Under the pieces are notes generated by a model, which worked only from the letters and a program-made list of their open reading frames with translations, was not told the origin of the DNA and made no database searches. A DNA stretch of 64,000 nt from a virus (lineage: Duplodnaviria > Caudoviricetes): the IMG/VR virus record IMGVR_UViG_3300031965_000013, positions 7,654 to 71,653 of that record; one strand, written 5' to 3'. A program made the translations under genes and the position numbers. Below, in pieces: positions 8,627 to 18,058 of this stretch. Position 1 is the first letter of the stretch, and the number at the start of each line of letters is the position of its first letter.

Positions 8627-8833
8627 ATGGCACCGCAGTTCAAGCGCAACGACCCCGTGACCTACACGGTCCACAAGCAAGTCATTTCGGCGCGAGTCGA
8701 CCAACTGCACCGCGACGGGACGCTGACCCTCATCGCGCTGTTCGTCCGCGACGACCATGGGAACGATCTGCCGGGGTATCTCGGGTATAGCCATCGCGTG
8801 TCGCCCGATGGGCTCACCCCCGACGCCGCCTGA
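8627..8833 (+). CDS. Hypothetical early protein
   Basis: First ORF after the promoter, GAGGGAG RBS. Confidence 0.65.
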   Translation: MAPQFKRNDPVTYTVHKQVISARVDQLHRDGTLTLIALFVRDDHGNDLPGYLGYSHRVSPDGLTPDAA

Positions 8834-8845
8834 AGGAGCGCAGAG

Positions 8846-9205
8846 ATGAGCAGCGAGACGAGCAGCGAGTGTCCGGCAGTCATCTACACCACCGTCACGA
8901 AGGAAGATGCCCCCATTGGCGGGCTCTGGTCAGCACAGCCGTTTGCGATGCGTCACGTCGCGTGGGTGTCACTGGACGATTACGAAGAGGTGCGCGCGGC
9001 GCTGCAGATGACGGCCGGATGCCTCAGTTCGCTCACAGGCAATGCGATGGAGGAGGGCCGCGTGATCACCTTCACCGGAGCAGATGCGCATCTCGGCATC
9101 GTGACGCTCGGCGAGGTTCTGGACAAGGCGGATCGCGCCCTTGGGTTGGCCGCACTGGCATTGGCTTTCGACAAGAAGAATGCAGATGGGAGCACCGAGC
9201 GATGA
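8846..9205 (+). CDS. Hypothetical early protein
   Basis: AAGGAG RBS, coupled operon. Confidence 0.6.
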   Translation: MSSETSSECPAVIYTTVTKEDAPIGGLWSAQPFAMRHVAWVSLDDYEEVRAALQMTAGCLSSLTGNAMEEGRVITFTGADAHLGIVTLGEVLDKADRALGLAALALAFDKKNADGSTER

Positions 9206-9636
9206 CGATGACACCGGAACAGGCCCTGTTGCGCGAGATCGTCGATCTGGAGCGCAGCGCGAGCGAGTGCGATAACTACTATAGCAAATTCAAAGCGCTA
9301 ATGCGCCGCGCCGAAGCCGCTCTTGCCGTCCTCGATGGCGAGGGGGAGGAGGAGTGGACGGCATATCGCCGCGAGCGTGGCATGCTCACTCCCGGTCCTG
9401 ATTGGGCGGTGCGGGATAGCAGTGGCCGGGTAATCTGCTCAATGCTGGACGAACCAACCGTCCGTCGAGTTGCCCGCCTTCCCAAGCTGGAGCGCGCGGC
9501 GCGGAGAGTGGACGCCGCTGATCGCTATCTCATCGCAGCTGGAGACGGCATGCCCCACCCGCAATCGGGAAAAGGCGAACTTATTGCCGCAATCAACGAC
9601 CTCCGCGCCGCTCTCAACGATGAGGGCACGCCGTGA
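9202..9636 (+). CDS. Hypothetical early protein
   Basis: ATGA/GTGA coupling at both ends. Confidence 0.6.
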   Translation: MTMTPEQALLREIVDLERSASECDNYYSKFKALMRRAEAALAVLDGEGEEEWTAYRRERGMLTPGPDWAVRDSSGRVICSMLDEPTVRRVARLPKLERAARRVDAADRYLIAAGDGMPHPQSGKGELIAAINDLRAALNDEGTP

Positions 9637-9923
9637 CGCCCGTTCGCCATGCAGCTATTCGCCGCAAGCTCAACGCCGGTGCCGCACTGGTCAAAGGCTT
9701 CCGCTTCGCCCGGTTGTTCCATGACGGCGAAAGGCTATGGGCTCAACACGATCCGCACGTGATGTGGTTCCGGCTGTCGAAGGGCATCGCCACGGAGAAG
9801 CGGCTGATAGCCCGCGATCACTGGAGCGCCGACGAGAACAGGCTGATCGGGCTGCACCAGGCCAGGGTCTGGCTGCGGCGCAACTGGAAGCGACTCGAAG
9901 CGAGAGAAAGGTCGGCAGCATGA
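9633..9923 (+). CDS. Hypothetical early protein
   Basis: Coupled ORF. Confidence 0.55.
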   Translation: MTPVRHAAIRRKLNAGAALVKGFRFARLFHDGERLWAQHDPHVMWFRLSKGIATEKRLIARDHWSADENRLIGLHQARVWLRRNWKRLEARERSAA

Positions 9924-10213
9924 GCACTCTGTTGGAACGCATTGTCCGGGCCAAGTCGCATCTTCATGCCGCTCGCATCCAGCGCGCGCCGTCCGACGAC
10001 AAGATCATCGCTGACCATATCGACGATGCCGAGCGCATTTTGCGGGGCGTGGTTGAAGACATCCGCAGGCAGCCCTCTCCCGGCTTGCGCGCAGAGCACG
10101 TGCTGCCTGCAGACACTGCCGACGACTACGACAGTCGTCAGCGGCGGATGGGGCTGCCGGCCCGCACGGTGCCGTCGCTCCGCGAGGACGACAACTCACC
10201 GGAGGCCGCATGA
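9920..10213 (+). CDS. Hypothetical early protein
   Basis: Coupled ORF. Confidence 0.55.
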   Translation: MSTLLERIVRAKSHLHAARIQRAPSDDKIIADHIDDAERILRGVVEDIRRQPSPGLRAEHVLPADTADDYDSRQRRMGLPARTVPSLREDDNSPEAA

Positions 10214-10473
10214 TGCACACTGAACAGTCCGCGAAAGAGTGCTGGTGCCCGTTTGCGCGGGCGGTTGGCTATCTCTCTGGTGAAGAAGGGCTAGTTGACA
10301 CTGCAAGCAACCGACACCCAGACCCGATCATCATGGATCAAGTCCGCTGCATCGCCTCTCACTGCATGGCCTGGAGGTGGGGTGAGCCGCCAGACGAACC
10401 CGCAGGCATTGTTAACTACATCGGCCCCGCTCCGCAGAGAAAGGGCTACTGCGGACTGGCAGGCAAGCCATGA
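10210..10473 (+). CDS. Small Cys-rich hypothetical protein
   Basis: WCPFAR..CIASHCMAWRW..GYCGLAGKP. Confidence 0.65.
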   Translation: MMHTEQSAKECWCPFARAVGYLSGEEGLVDTASNRHPDPIIMDQVRCIASHCMAWRWGEPPDEPAGIVNYIGPAPQRKGYCGLAGKP

Positions 10474-10510
10474 CCCGCACCGAAGCACTAACCAAACCAC
10501 AGGAGGCGGC

Positions 10511-10981
10511 ATGATGACAGAGTTACCAGCAGTCGAGTTGCACACAGGGTTATCGCACGGCAGTGGCAACGGCACCAAGCGGTTCTACAAGGTAGAGGTA
10601 CGGACCACATATTCGTCGCCAACCGTGCTTGGCGACTTCGTGATCGATCACTGTTGGCGCACCCTGCCCATCTATGAGGGCCGCTCGCAGTGGGGGGTCA
10701 ATATTCCGGTGCAGTCATGGGACCGGGACGGCTTGGATCACGGGCTTGTTCCATATTCTGTCGCAGAAGCCCATCGGTGGGCATTCATCGCCTGTCTTGA
10801 GGCGAAGAGTGTCGGCGGGTCGCTTTGCATCAAAACACGATTGGTTGAGATCGAATACCACTACTCGTTCTCGACGAAGGAGGTTGGCGTCTCTGCGCAA
10901 AGCGATGGCCGAATGGGGCGTCTAGTGGTTTCGCCTCGCCATGCGGCTGTGGAGCATGATGATGAATCGGAGGCCACATAA
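10511..10981 (+). CDS. Hypothetical early protein
   Basis: AGGAGG RBS before ATG 10511. Confidence 0.6.
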   Translation: MMTELPAVELHTGLSHGSGNGTKRFYKVEVRTTYSSPTVLGDFVIDHCWRTLPIYEGRSQWGVNIPVQSWDRDGLDHGLVPYSVAEAHRWAFIACLEAKSVGGSLCIKTRLVEIEYHYSFSTKEVGVSAQSDGRMGRLVVSPRHAAVEHDDESEAT

Positions 10982-11089
10982 TGGACAACGGGCCAGACGA
11001 CCTTGCCGTTTTCATCGCAGTCGTGGCACTCATCGCCTTCGTGCTGGCTCTGATATTTCTGGGGCCGGTGTAACCGAAAGGACAAACCT

Positions 11090-12037
11090 ATGACACTCCG
11101 CATAACCCGCGCCGCCGAGCCGATCACCGTCGAACGGATCAACACGGTGATATACGCGGCCCCCGGATTGGGGAAAACCTCACTCGCCTTCACGGCCGCG
11201 ACGCCGTTGCTGCTCGACTTCGACAACGGTGCCCATCGGGCCGCCCACCGCAAGGACGTGGTGCGCGTTTCCGAGTGGGCCGATGTCGCCAACATGACTG
11301 CCGAAGACCTAGCGCCGTTCAAGACGGTGGTGGTCGACACCGCCGGGCGGGCGCTCGACGCGCTCACCGTCGATATCATCCGGGCCAACCCGAAGCACGG
11401 GCGCGGCGGGGCGCTGACCCTACAGGGCTACGGCGAGTTGAAGGCCCGATTTGGCGCGTTCCTCAAGCTGCTCAACAGCTTCGGCAAAGACGTTGTTCTT
11501 GTAGCACACATGGACGAGCAGCGCAGCGGCGACGACATAATCGAGCGACTGGACGTGCAGGGCGGCTCGAAGGGCGAGATATACAAGGCCGCCGATGCCA
11601 TGGGGCGGATCGCCATTGTGAACGGGCAGCGCTGGTTGCGATTCAGCCCGACCGACGCGGCGTTCGGCAAGAACCCCGGCCAGTTGGACCCGCTGGCGAT
11701 CCCGGCTGCGGAGGCGCCAGATTTTGCCGACTTCCTCGCCAGCATCATCCAGCAGACCAAGGACCGGATGAACGCGCTGACCGAAGACCAGCAGCAGGCA
11801 CAGGCTGCACAGGCGAAGTTTCACAGCGACGTGCTGAACGCCACGACGGCGGATGATGTGAACGGACTCATGGAGCGTGCCAAGGCGGGCGGGGACGCAT
11901 TCAAGGCGATCCTGAGCAAGCACGCGCTCAAGACGCTGGGGCTCGGCTTCGACAAGGCGGCGGGCCGGTTCGTCGGACCGGAGACGGGCGACGAAGCCGA
12001 TGAACCAGAGGGCAGCCCCGAGGAAGAGGCCGCGTGA
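11090..12037 (+). CDS. Sak4-like AAA ATPase (recombination)
   Basis: IYAAPGLGKT Walker A, LLLDFDNG, VVVDT Walker B, VVLVAH. Confidence 0.85.
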   Translation: MTLRITRAAEPITVERINTVIYAAPGLGKTSLAFTAATPLLLDFDNGAHRAAHRKDVVRVSEWADVANMTAEDLAPFKTVVVDTAGRALDALTVDIIRANPKHGRGGALTLQGYGELKARFGAFLKLLNSFGKDVVLVAHMDEQRSGDDIIERLDVQGGSKGEIYKAADAMGRIAIVNGQRWLRFSPTDAAFGKNPGQLDPLAIPAAEAPDFADFLASIIQQTKDRMNALTEDQQQAQAAQAKFHSDVLNATTADDVNGLMERAKAGGDAFKAILSKHALKTLGLGFDKAAGRFVGPETGDEADEPEGSPEEEAA

Positions 12038-12038
12038 G

Positions 12039-12461
12039 ATGGGCAAGACCCTAGAAGAGCGGTTCTGGCCGAAGGTCGACAAGAGCGGCGATTGCTGGGT
12101 CTGGACGGCCAGCAAGCACCCAGGTGGCTATGGGCAAATCGCGATGAAGCCACGCGGCATGCGTGGTGCCCACCGCGTAGCGTGGGAAATGCTTCGCGGG
12201 CCAGTACCCGAGGGAATGCAACTCGATCATCTCTGCCGGAACCGCGCCTGCGTCAATCCTGCTCACATGGAGGTCGTAGACCAACGAACCAATGTCCTTC
12301 GCGGCAGCGGTCATACAGCGGTCAACGCGAGGAAGACAGTTTGCAAGCGGGGGCACTCTCTCGCCGATGCCTATGTTCACAGGGGCATGCGAGAGTGCCG
12401 GACGTGCAAACTGATGAAACAAAAGCGCTATCGGAAAACGGGATCGGCGGTGCTGACATGA
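12039..12461 (+). CDS. Free-standing HNH endonuclease
   Basis: RFWPKVDKSGDCWVW..AHRVAW..LDHLCRNRACVNPAHM. Confidence 0.9.
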   Translation: MGKTLEERFWPKVDKSGDCWVWTASKHPGGYGQIAMKPRGMRGAHRVAWEMLRGPVPEGMQLDHLCRNRACVNPAHMEVVDQRTNVLRGSGHTAVNARKTVCKRGHSLADAYVHRGMRECRTCKLMKQKRYRKTGSAVLT

Positions 12462-13078
12462 TAGAAGCCCGCGTGTCCCACATCGAAGCGTTCCGGCGGT
12501 GGCTCCTGAACGAAGAGACCACCGTTGATGACCTTGTTCGTTACATCACCACCGACGAGCCGTCGGAAGCGATGCTGGCGGGGACGGCTTTCCACAAAGC
12601 GCTGGAGATGGCGCAGCTCGGCGAGTACGAGGCGCTGAGCGCCAACGGCTTCACCTTTCTCCTGCCCGACGCCGAGCTTGCCCTACCCACCATTAGAGAA
12701 CTCCGCGCCCACAAAAACTACGGCGAAATAACCATTAGCGGGCAGGTTGATGTGCTTGATGGCAAGCGGATCGAAGATCACAAAACGACCAAGCGCTTCA
12801 ACGCCGAGGGCTACCTGGAAGGCATTCAGTGGAAACTGTACCTCGACATTTTCGAGGCCGATACCTTTCGCTGGAATGTGTTCGAGATCAAAGAGACCGA
12901 TCCGCGCGTCTATCAGGTGTCGCCACCGCACTATCTCACGATGCACCGCTATCCGGGTATAGGCGATGATGTGGAACAAGCGCTAGCACGGTTCGTCGAG
13001 TTCGCCCGCGTTCATTTGCCGGAGAAGATCGGCAAGCCCGAGCCGGAGCCGTTCATCAACATACTGGCTGCGGGGTAG
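12458..13078 (+). CDS. PD-(D/E)XK exonuclease (Cas4/RecB-like)
   Basis: GTAFHKALE, ISGQVDVLDGKRIEDHKT, QWKLY. Confidence 0.8.
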   Translation: MIEARVSHIEAFRRWLLNEETTVDDLVRYITTDEPSEAMLAGTAFHKALEMAQLGEYEALSANGFTFLLPDAELALPTIRELRAHKNYGEITISGQVDVLDGKRIEDHKTTKRFNAEGYLEGIQWKLYLDIFEADTFRWNVFEIKETDPRVYQVSPPHYLTMHRYPGIGDDVEQALARFVEFARVHLPEKIGKPEPEPFINILAAG

Positions 13079-13082
13079 GGCT

Positions 13083-13517
13083 ATGCCGTCGCACGTCATC
13101 GTCAACGAATGGGATCGAAAGGTTCTACTCGACGCGCTCACGAAGCGCCCGCTGCCCTTCACGGTTGACATTACGAAGGGCAAGCGCCGCAGTGTGGAGC
13201 AGAACCGCCTACAGCGCCTTCTCATCAACGAAATAGCGGAACAATTGGGCGACAGGACGGCAGAGGAAGTCCGTGGAGAGTGCAAGCTGGAGCTAGGCGT
13301 GCCGATCCTCCGGGCCGAGAACGAGGGCTTCTGTGAGCGCTACGATGCCGTGGTGCGGGGGCTACCTTACGAGACGAAGCTGGCGATCATGATGGAACCG
13401 CTCGACATGCCGATCACGAGGCTGATGACGACGGGCCAGAAGACCCGCTACCTGGACGCCATCTATCGCAAATACAGTGCGCTCGGATGCGTGCTGACTG
13501 TACCGGAGGCCGCATGA
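13083..13517 (+). CDS. ninB: NinB-like recombination protein
   Basis: KRRSVEQNRL..ITRLMTTGQKTRYLDAI. Confidence 0.75.
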   Translation: MPSHVIVNEWDRKVLLDALTKRPLPFTVDITKGKRRSVEQNRLQRLLINEIAEQLGDRTAEEVRGECKLELGVPILRAENEGFCERYDAVVRGLPYETKLAIMMEPLDMPITRLMTTGQKTRYLDAIYRKYSALGCVLTVPEAA

Positions 13518-13545
13518 CCGTCACCGCCAAGCGGCGCGAGGACGC

Positions 13546-13758
13546 ATGATGCGAACGATTGAACTGTCCGACGAACAAATGGAAGCTGAGGACAATGCGG
13601 TAGAGCCGGAGTTTGCCTTTGCCGATTGGAAAGAGTCTGTCAGCACCGTGCTGGAAACGCTCGACGAGCAGTTGGCCGCGTTCGGCTTGGAGATCGTACA
13701 GGTGGACACCGGCGCTGATGACTACATGTGGAAGATCGAAAAGCGGGAGACCGCATGA
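13546..13758 (+). CDS. Hypothetical acidic protein
   Basis: Coupled ORF. Confidence 0.55.
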   Translation: MMRTIELSDEQMEAEDNAVEPEFAFADWKESVSTVLETLDEQLAAFGLEIVQVDTGADDYMWKIEKRETA

Positions 13759-14063
13759 TGGGAATGCGCATGAACCGCGACGAGTTCACCGACCACCAGA
13801 AGCTGGCGATCTGGGAACGCTCCGGCCACCGATGCCAGGGGTGTAGCCGACCGATGCGGCCGTGGGAGCCCAAACAGTTCGACCACATCAAGCCGGCGGC
13901 GCGAGGCGGTGAGGCCACGGTCGAGAACGGCCAAGTGCTCGGCGAATGCTGCTGGCCGGCGAAGAATGCCGAAGACCAGACCATCACATCGAAGGCCGAC
14001 ATGCAGGCGAAGAAGCATGTGCTTGGCCGGAAGAAATCACGCGCATGGGGGTACAGGCGATGA
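13755..14063 (+). CDS. Small HNH endonuclease
   Basis: CQGC..FDHIKPAARGGEATVENGQVL. Confidence 0.85.
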   Translation: MMGMRMNRDEFTDHQKLAIWERSGHRCQGCSRPMRPWEPKQFDHIKPAARGGEATVENGQVLGECCWPAKNAEDQTITSKADMQAKKHVLGRKKSRAWGYRR

Positions 14064-14473
14064 CTGATTACGCGGCGCTGATCAAGAGGCTGGAGAGCGG
14101 GAGCGGGGCGGACATGGAACTGAGTGGTCTTCTCGACAACTTTGTTATGTGGGGGCCACACAGCGAATGGGAGAACCACGGCGGCGGTTACGAACGGCAT
14201 AAGACGACTGGTGAGCAGCGAAAGTTCGGTCTTTGGTCACGGGTCACGCTCGATTACACCGGCTCCCTCGACGCCGCGCTGGCGTTTGCAGAGGCGGTGC
14301 TGCCGGACATGAACGGTCACGGCTACGACAAGACGCCCAACGTCATCGAAGCCTACGTGTCACGAAACAGCGTTCCGTCCGGCCATTGGCTCAGCGAGGG
14401 CAAGCATCGGGACTCCGTTCCGCGTGCCATCCTGATAGCCACCCTACGTGCTATGCAGGAGCAGGGCAAATGA
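14060..14473 (+). CDS. Hypothetical protein
   Basis: MTDYAALIKRLE..YTGSLDAALAF; coupled. Confidence 0.65.
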   Translation: MTDYAALIKRLESGSGADMELSGLLDNFVMWGPHSEWENHGGGYERHKTTGEQRKFGLWSRVTLDYTGSLDAALAFAEAVLPDMNGHGYDKTPNVIEAYVSRNSVPSGHWLSEGKHRDSVPRAILIATLRAMQEQGK

Positions 14474-15027
14474 CTGACTACGCGGAACTGGTGAAGCGGT
14501 TGGATGCGGTTGCCACGCATGACTGGCGAACATCGATCCTCGCGCACACGCCCGACACCGCTGCCGAGGCTAAGGCAGCCATCGAGGCCCAAGCCGCTCG
14601 GATCGAGGTGGACGGTCAATGCATGGCAGCGTTGGAGCGGGAGAAGGCCGCCGCAGAGGCCGAGGCCGCCAAGCTCCGGGCCGAGCGAGACAATGAACGG
14701 ATATGGAAAACCGCGGCATTGAATACACTGACAGAAACAGGTGAACGGCTGACTAAGGTCGAGGCCGAGCGGGACGAGGCGCGAGAGCATCTTACGGCTG
14801 CGCTGAAAGTCCACAAGCAATACTCGGAGAACGCCGAAGCGCAACTGGTCGAGGCGGTGGAGGTGGTGAGGCCGTTCAGCGATATGGCGGGGGAAATGTT
14901 TGCACGGAACTGGAACGCAGAGGACTTGGCGGTCGCGCTCGATAATCCGGGCGAGCCGCACCGCGTTTCCGCTGGCGATTTCTTCCGCGCCCGCGATTTC
15001 CTCGCCAAGCACGGAGACAAGCCATGA
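14470..15027 (+). CDS. Coiled-coil hypothetical protein
   Basis: MTDYAELVKRLD start; AERDEAR heptads. Confidence 0.65.
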   Translation: MTDYAELVKRLDAVATHDWRTSILAHTPDTAAEAKAAIEAQAARIEVDGQCMAALEREKAAAEAEAAKLRAERDNERIWKTAALNTLTETGERLTKVEAERDEAREHLTAALKVHKQYSENAEAQLVEAVEVVRPFSDMAGEMFARNWNAEDLAVALDNPGEPHRVSAGDFFRARDFLAKHGDKP

Positions 15028-15413
15028 CCGACAAGCGAGACTGGGCAACGGAGCGGGCGCGAGAACTGTATCAAGATTGGTACGGGATGCCCGACTTGGG
15101 CAATCAATCCGCACCGATTCTAGCCGCCCTGCGGGAAGCCGAGGAACGGGGCGAGGCGCGAGGACGTATCCGCCAAGCGGACATCAACGGAAACACTCTT
15201 CGGGCTGTAGCTAGTGAAGGCCGCGAGGACGAGCGCCAGGCCATCGAGGCAAGGCTGCGAGAGCCGGATGAAGCGATGAAGCAGGTCATGCATCGCCTGT
15301 GGGGACGCGCCCAGTATGCTGACCCATTCAATGGCTGGATTGAACAAGCGGCAAAGTACAACCGCGCCCTTGCCGACGCCCTGTTCCCCGCCTCGAGCAA
15401 GGAGGGCGAGTAG
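15024..15413 (+). CDS. Hypothetical protein
   Basis: Coupled ORF. Confidence 0.6.
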   Translation: MTDKRDWATERARELYQDWYGMPDLGNQSAPILAALREAEERGEARGRIRQADINGNTLRAVASEGREDERQAIEARLREPDEAMKQVMHRLWGRAQYADPFNGWIEQAAKYNRALADALFPASSKEGE

Positions 15414-15418
15414 GATGG
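15394..15418 (+). repeat. 25-bp gene-boundary linker, copy 1
   Basis: CGAGCAAGGAGGGCGAGTAGGATGG, identical to the minus-strand copy at 28548-28572. Confidence 0.9.
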
Positions 15419-15654
15419 GCAAAGAGCAAATGTTGGCCATTGTCGGGACGAATGGTCTCTACATCGGGACATGGCAACGTCGTGTCGATGCCATTGCCGA
15501 GCATGTCCATGACATGCGCTGGTTTGAGGAGCCCGAGGTATCCCGCTTTGCGATAGGCGGCAAACTGAGTCCTGAACAGGCAAAGATTTGGCGGCGCTGT
15601 CAGAGCGTTGGTGACAGGGCCGTGAAAGTCACCGTGACGTGGAACCCACAATGA
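15415..15654 (+). CDS. Hypothetical 79-aa cassette protein
   Basis: Starts in the 25-bp linker, ends ..WNPQ. Confidence 0.65.
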   Translation: MGKEQMLAIVGTNGLYIGTWQRRVDAIAEHVHDMRWFEEPEVSRFAIGGKLSPEQAKIWRRCQSVGDRAVKVTVTWNPQ

Positions 15655-16019
15655 CCATTGACTGCTGGTGCGATTACGATCCGCCCGAGTTCTGGTCGTC
15701 GGCTATTCGCACGGCGCGAAAACCGCATCGCTGCGAAGAATGCAGTGAGATAATTGCCATTGACGAGAAATACGAGGCCGTCGCCGGCAAGTGGGATGGG
15801 TATTTCGACACATTCAAAACCTGTGCCCGGTGCCTCGACATTCGGCAATGGGTAAAGAACAACGTACCGTGCTTCTGCTGGGCGCACGGCAGTATGCTGG
15901 ACGATGCCAAAGAGACCATTGAGGAGGCCTGCTTTCGCGCACCGGCCGAAACCAGTGGGCTGCGCTTCGGGCTGCTGCGGCGCCTGAATGACGCACGCCA
16001 TGCGAGGAACCCGCAATGA
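15651..16019 (+). CDS. Zinc-finger hypothetical protein
   Basis: ARKPHRCEECSE..KTCARC. Confidence 0.7.
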   Translation: MTIDCWCDYDPPEFWSSAIRTARKPHRCEECSEIIAIDEKYEAVAGKWDGYFDTFKTCARCLDIRQWVKNNVPCFCWAHGSMLDDAKETIEEACFRAPAETSGLRFGLLRRLNDARHARNPQ

Positions 16020-16262
16020 CCGCTCGCTACCGTATGATCGTCACACCTATCGGGGGTGCGACCTTCCTTACCGCAGAACTTGATCGCGCCCTATTTGCAC
16101 GATTGGCCGAGTACTTCATTTGGTGTGGTTCAGACATTCGCTCATACTGGAGTCGGAACGGTAAGAGGTGGCGATTATTCCATCCTCTGCCAACGCCGCC
16201 GTCCCCGGAGTCCCCGCCGCGGCGTCTGAATGAAGCACGCCATGCGAGGAACCCGCAATGAC
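15977..16262 (+). repeat. 44-bp direct repeats (42/44 identical) flanking one gene
   Basis: 15977-16020 and 16219-16262, consensus GCGGCGyCTGAATGAmGCACGCCATGCGAGGAACCCGCAATGAC. Confidence 0.9.
16016..16261 (+). CDS. Hypothetical cassette protein
   Basis: Bounded by the 44-bp repeats. Confidence 0.55.
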   Translation: MTARYRMIVTPIGGATFLTAELDRALFARLAEYFIWCGSDIRSYWSRNGKRWRLFHPLPTPPSPESPPRRLNEARHARNPQ

Positions 16263-16521
16263 TGCGCCCCGGAACTCGGATGCCTTGTTCGACCGGCTCT
16301 ATGAAGCCGCTGTCCGTGCCATCGCCGCCAATGGAATCGGTGTTGTCGGGAAGGATGGCCGTTCCAGGAACGTTGTGGAATGGATTGCCGCGCAGGGCGA
16401 CCTCGCCACCATTCTGCGCGAGATCGGCGGGGCAATCCCAATGCACGCAGATGACTGCGCGGCTCGGAAATCTCCGGTGACGCTTTGCGATTGCCTGCTG
16501 CGAAAGGACGACCCGCAATGA
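16258..16521 (+). CDS. Hypothetical cassette protein
   Basis: MTAP start, ..DDPQ end, coupled. Confidence 0.6.
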   Translation: MTAPRNSDALFDRLYEAAVRAIAANGIGVVGKDGRSRNVVEWIAAQGDLATILREIGGAIPMHADDCAARKSPVTLCDCLLRKDDPQ

Positions 16522-16862
16522 CCGCGCCACTGGGGGCAGAGCGTCCGTTCAGTGTCAAGACGCTTGCTGACCGCTGGGCTTGCTCGGAAGCCCATATCCG
16601 GCAGATGATTGGCAGGGGCGAGATTGTGGTGTTCCGTCCGGGCGGAAAGCTGATTAGGATAGCCGCCTCCGAAGTCGACCGGATCGAAAGCTCATGTCAG
16701 ACTACAAGCTCGGGTGGCACCGGGGAGTCCTTGCCGCCGTCTGGTACGAAGACGGCAAGCGATTTCGCCGCTCGCTTGGTACGGATGACCCCGCAGTCGC
16801 CAAGTCTCGACTCATCGAATTTGCACGTGCTCGGGCGCTCGCCGTCTCGGGGGCACCGTTGA
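16518..16862 (+). CDS. xis: Excisionase (HTH_17/MerR-like winged helix)
   Basis: FSVKTLADRWACSEAHIRQMIGRGEI..GGKLIRI; directly upstream of and overlapping int. Confidence 0.8.
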   Translation: MTAPLGAERPFSVKTLADRWACSEAHIRQMIGRGEIVVFRPGGKLIRIAASEVDRIESSCQTTSSGGTGESLPPSGTKTASDFAARLVRMTPQSPSLDSSNLHVLGRSPSRGHR

Positions 16863-17683
16863 CCGTGGCTGCCATATATCAGGCATACGTGGCCGAGCGC
16901 GCCGTCGAAGGCCGATCCACTACCCGGATGCACGATGCCTGGAAGCGCCTCGCCCCAGCGTTCGGCTCGCTACTGCCCAACCATATCGACAAGGCCACTT
17001 GCCGGAACTACGCCGCGGCCCGCCGCCGGCAAGGCATGTCTGACGGGACGGTTCACTTGGAGCTTGGCTATTTGCGGGCGGCCATGAAGTACGCTGAGCG
17101 CGAAAAGTGGCTCACACACGCACCCTACATCCCCCTGCCCCAGAAGCCGCCTCCGCGCGAACACTATCTGACGAAGGACGAAGCCACCCGCGTGGTCGAT
17201 GCAGCCGTGATGCCTCACGTCAAGCTGTTCATCGAACTGGCGCTTGCGACGGCCGGGCGCTCGTCGGCAATCCTGCAACTCACGTGGGCTCGCATCGACT
17301 TCGAGCACGGCGTGGTGGACCTGAGAGACCCGACGCGACCGGCAACCCGCAAGGGCCGTAGCACGCCGCCGATGAACAACCGGCTACGGGCGCGGCTTCT
17401 GGAGGCCAGAGACGGAGCGCTGACAGACTATGTAGTCGAGTGGGGAGGTGAGCCGGTGGTGAGCGTGAAAAAAGGCGTGGCCGCCGCAGGGGAGCGGGCC
17501 GGCATCAAAGTAACGCCTCACGTCTTGCGCCACACGGCAGCAGTATGGATGGCTGAAAACGAAGTCCCGATGGACGAGATTGCCCAGTATCTCGGGCATT
17601 CCGACCCGCGCACGACCTATCGCGTCTACGCGCGCTTTTCGCCCAACTATCTGCGGAAAGCAGCCGGCGCATTGGAGTTCTAG
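16694..17683 (+). CDS. int: Tyrosine integrase
   Basis: TAGRSSAI (R), KGR (K), HVLRHT (HxLR), LGHSD, Y in YRVYAR. Confidence 0.95.
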   Translation: MSDYKLGWHRGVLAAVWYEDGKRFRRSLGTDDPAVAKSRLIEFARARALAVSGAPLTVAAIYQAYVAERAVEGRSTTRMHDAWKRLAPAFGSLLPNHIDKATCRNYAAARRRQGMSDGTVHLELGYLRAAMKYAEREKWLTHAPYIPLPQKPPPREHYLTKDEATRVVDAAVMPHVKLFIELALATAGRSSAILQLTWARIDFEHGVVDLRDPTRPATRKGRSTPPMNNRLRARLLEARDGALTDYVVEWGGEPVVSVKKGVAAAGERAGIKVTPHVLRHTAAVWMAENEVPMDEIAQYLGHSDPRTTYRVYARFSPNYLRKAAGALEF

Positions 17684-17817
17684 GTTGGCATATACAGTGC
17701 TCTAGGGTACTATGTGAACCAGCATCGGGAACGCAGGACGAACGCAAGTGGACCAAACCGCGAGGACAGCCAGGACTGTGACAGTAGAAAGCGCCAGAAA
17801 GGGTACGGGGAACAGCC

Positions 17818-17861
17818 TTCACATCGCAGGGGTCAGGTGTTCGAGTCACCTGCCGCCCACC
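17818..17861 (+). other. attP core: 3' half of tRNA-Val(CAC)
   Basis: TTCACAT anticodon loop, CGCAG, GGGTC, T-arm AGGTG-TTCGAGT-CACCT, acceptor GCCGCCC-A-CC; 5' half absent; 135 bp downstream of int. Confidence 0.8.
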
Positions 17862-17979
17862 GGGACATCTCAAAGACTTAGCCGATCATCCTCGCACCGG
17901 AATACAGTGCCCTTTGTGGCCATCTGTACCGAGTCCACTGCCGGCAAGGCACCAGACACCCCACCCATCCCTGCAAACA

Positions 17980-18042
17980 GTTTGCGACACCTTCGGCGGA
18001 TTCCGGCGATAGCGCCCGCATGGCGCGGCCGGTTTGCGACAC
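17980..18042 (+). repeat. Candidate integrase arm-type sites
   Basis: GTTTGCGACAC at 17980-17990 and 18032-18042; also ATACAGTGC at 17692-17700 and 17902-17910 on either side of the core. Confidence 0.5.
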
Positions 18043-18058
18043 TTTTGGGGCAGCGCTG

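Noticed and set aside
15977-16262. CRISPR-like repeat-spacer-repeat
   Set aside because: Only two copies, a 198-nt protein-coding interval, repeats include RBS/stop/start, and no cas operon; the Cas4-like exonuclease is a common phage recombination gene
17729-17743. Alphaproteobacterial LexA box GAAC-N7-GAAC
   Set aside because: About two such 8-base matches are expected by chance on both strands of 64 kb; no promoter or gene start nearby; more likely Xis/arm repeats
17790-17862. Complete tRNA-Val gene
   Set aside because: The 5' anticodon stem, D-arm and 5' acceptor strand are missing; only the 3' half is present, as expected for attP
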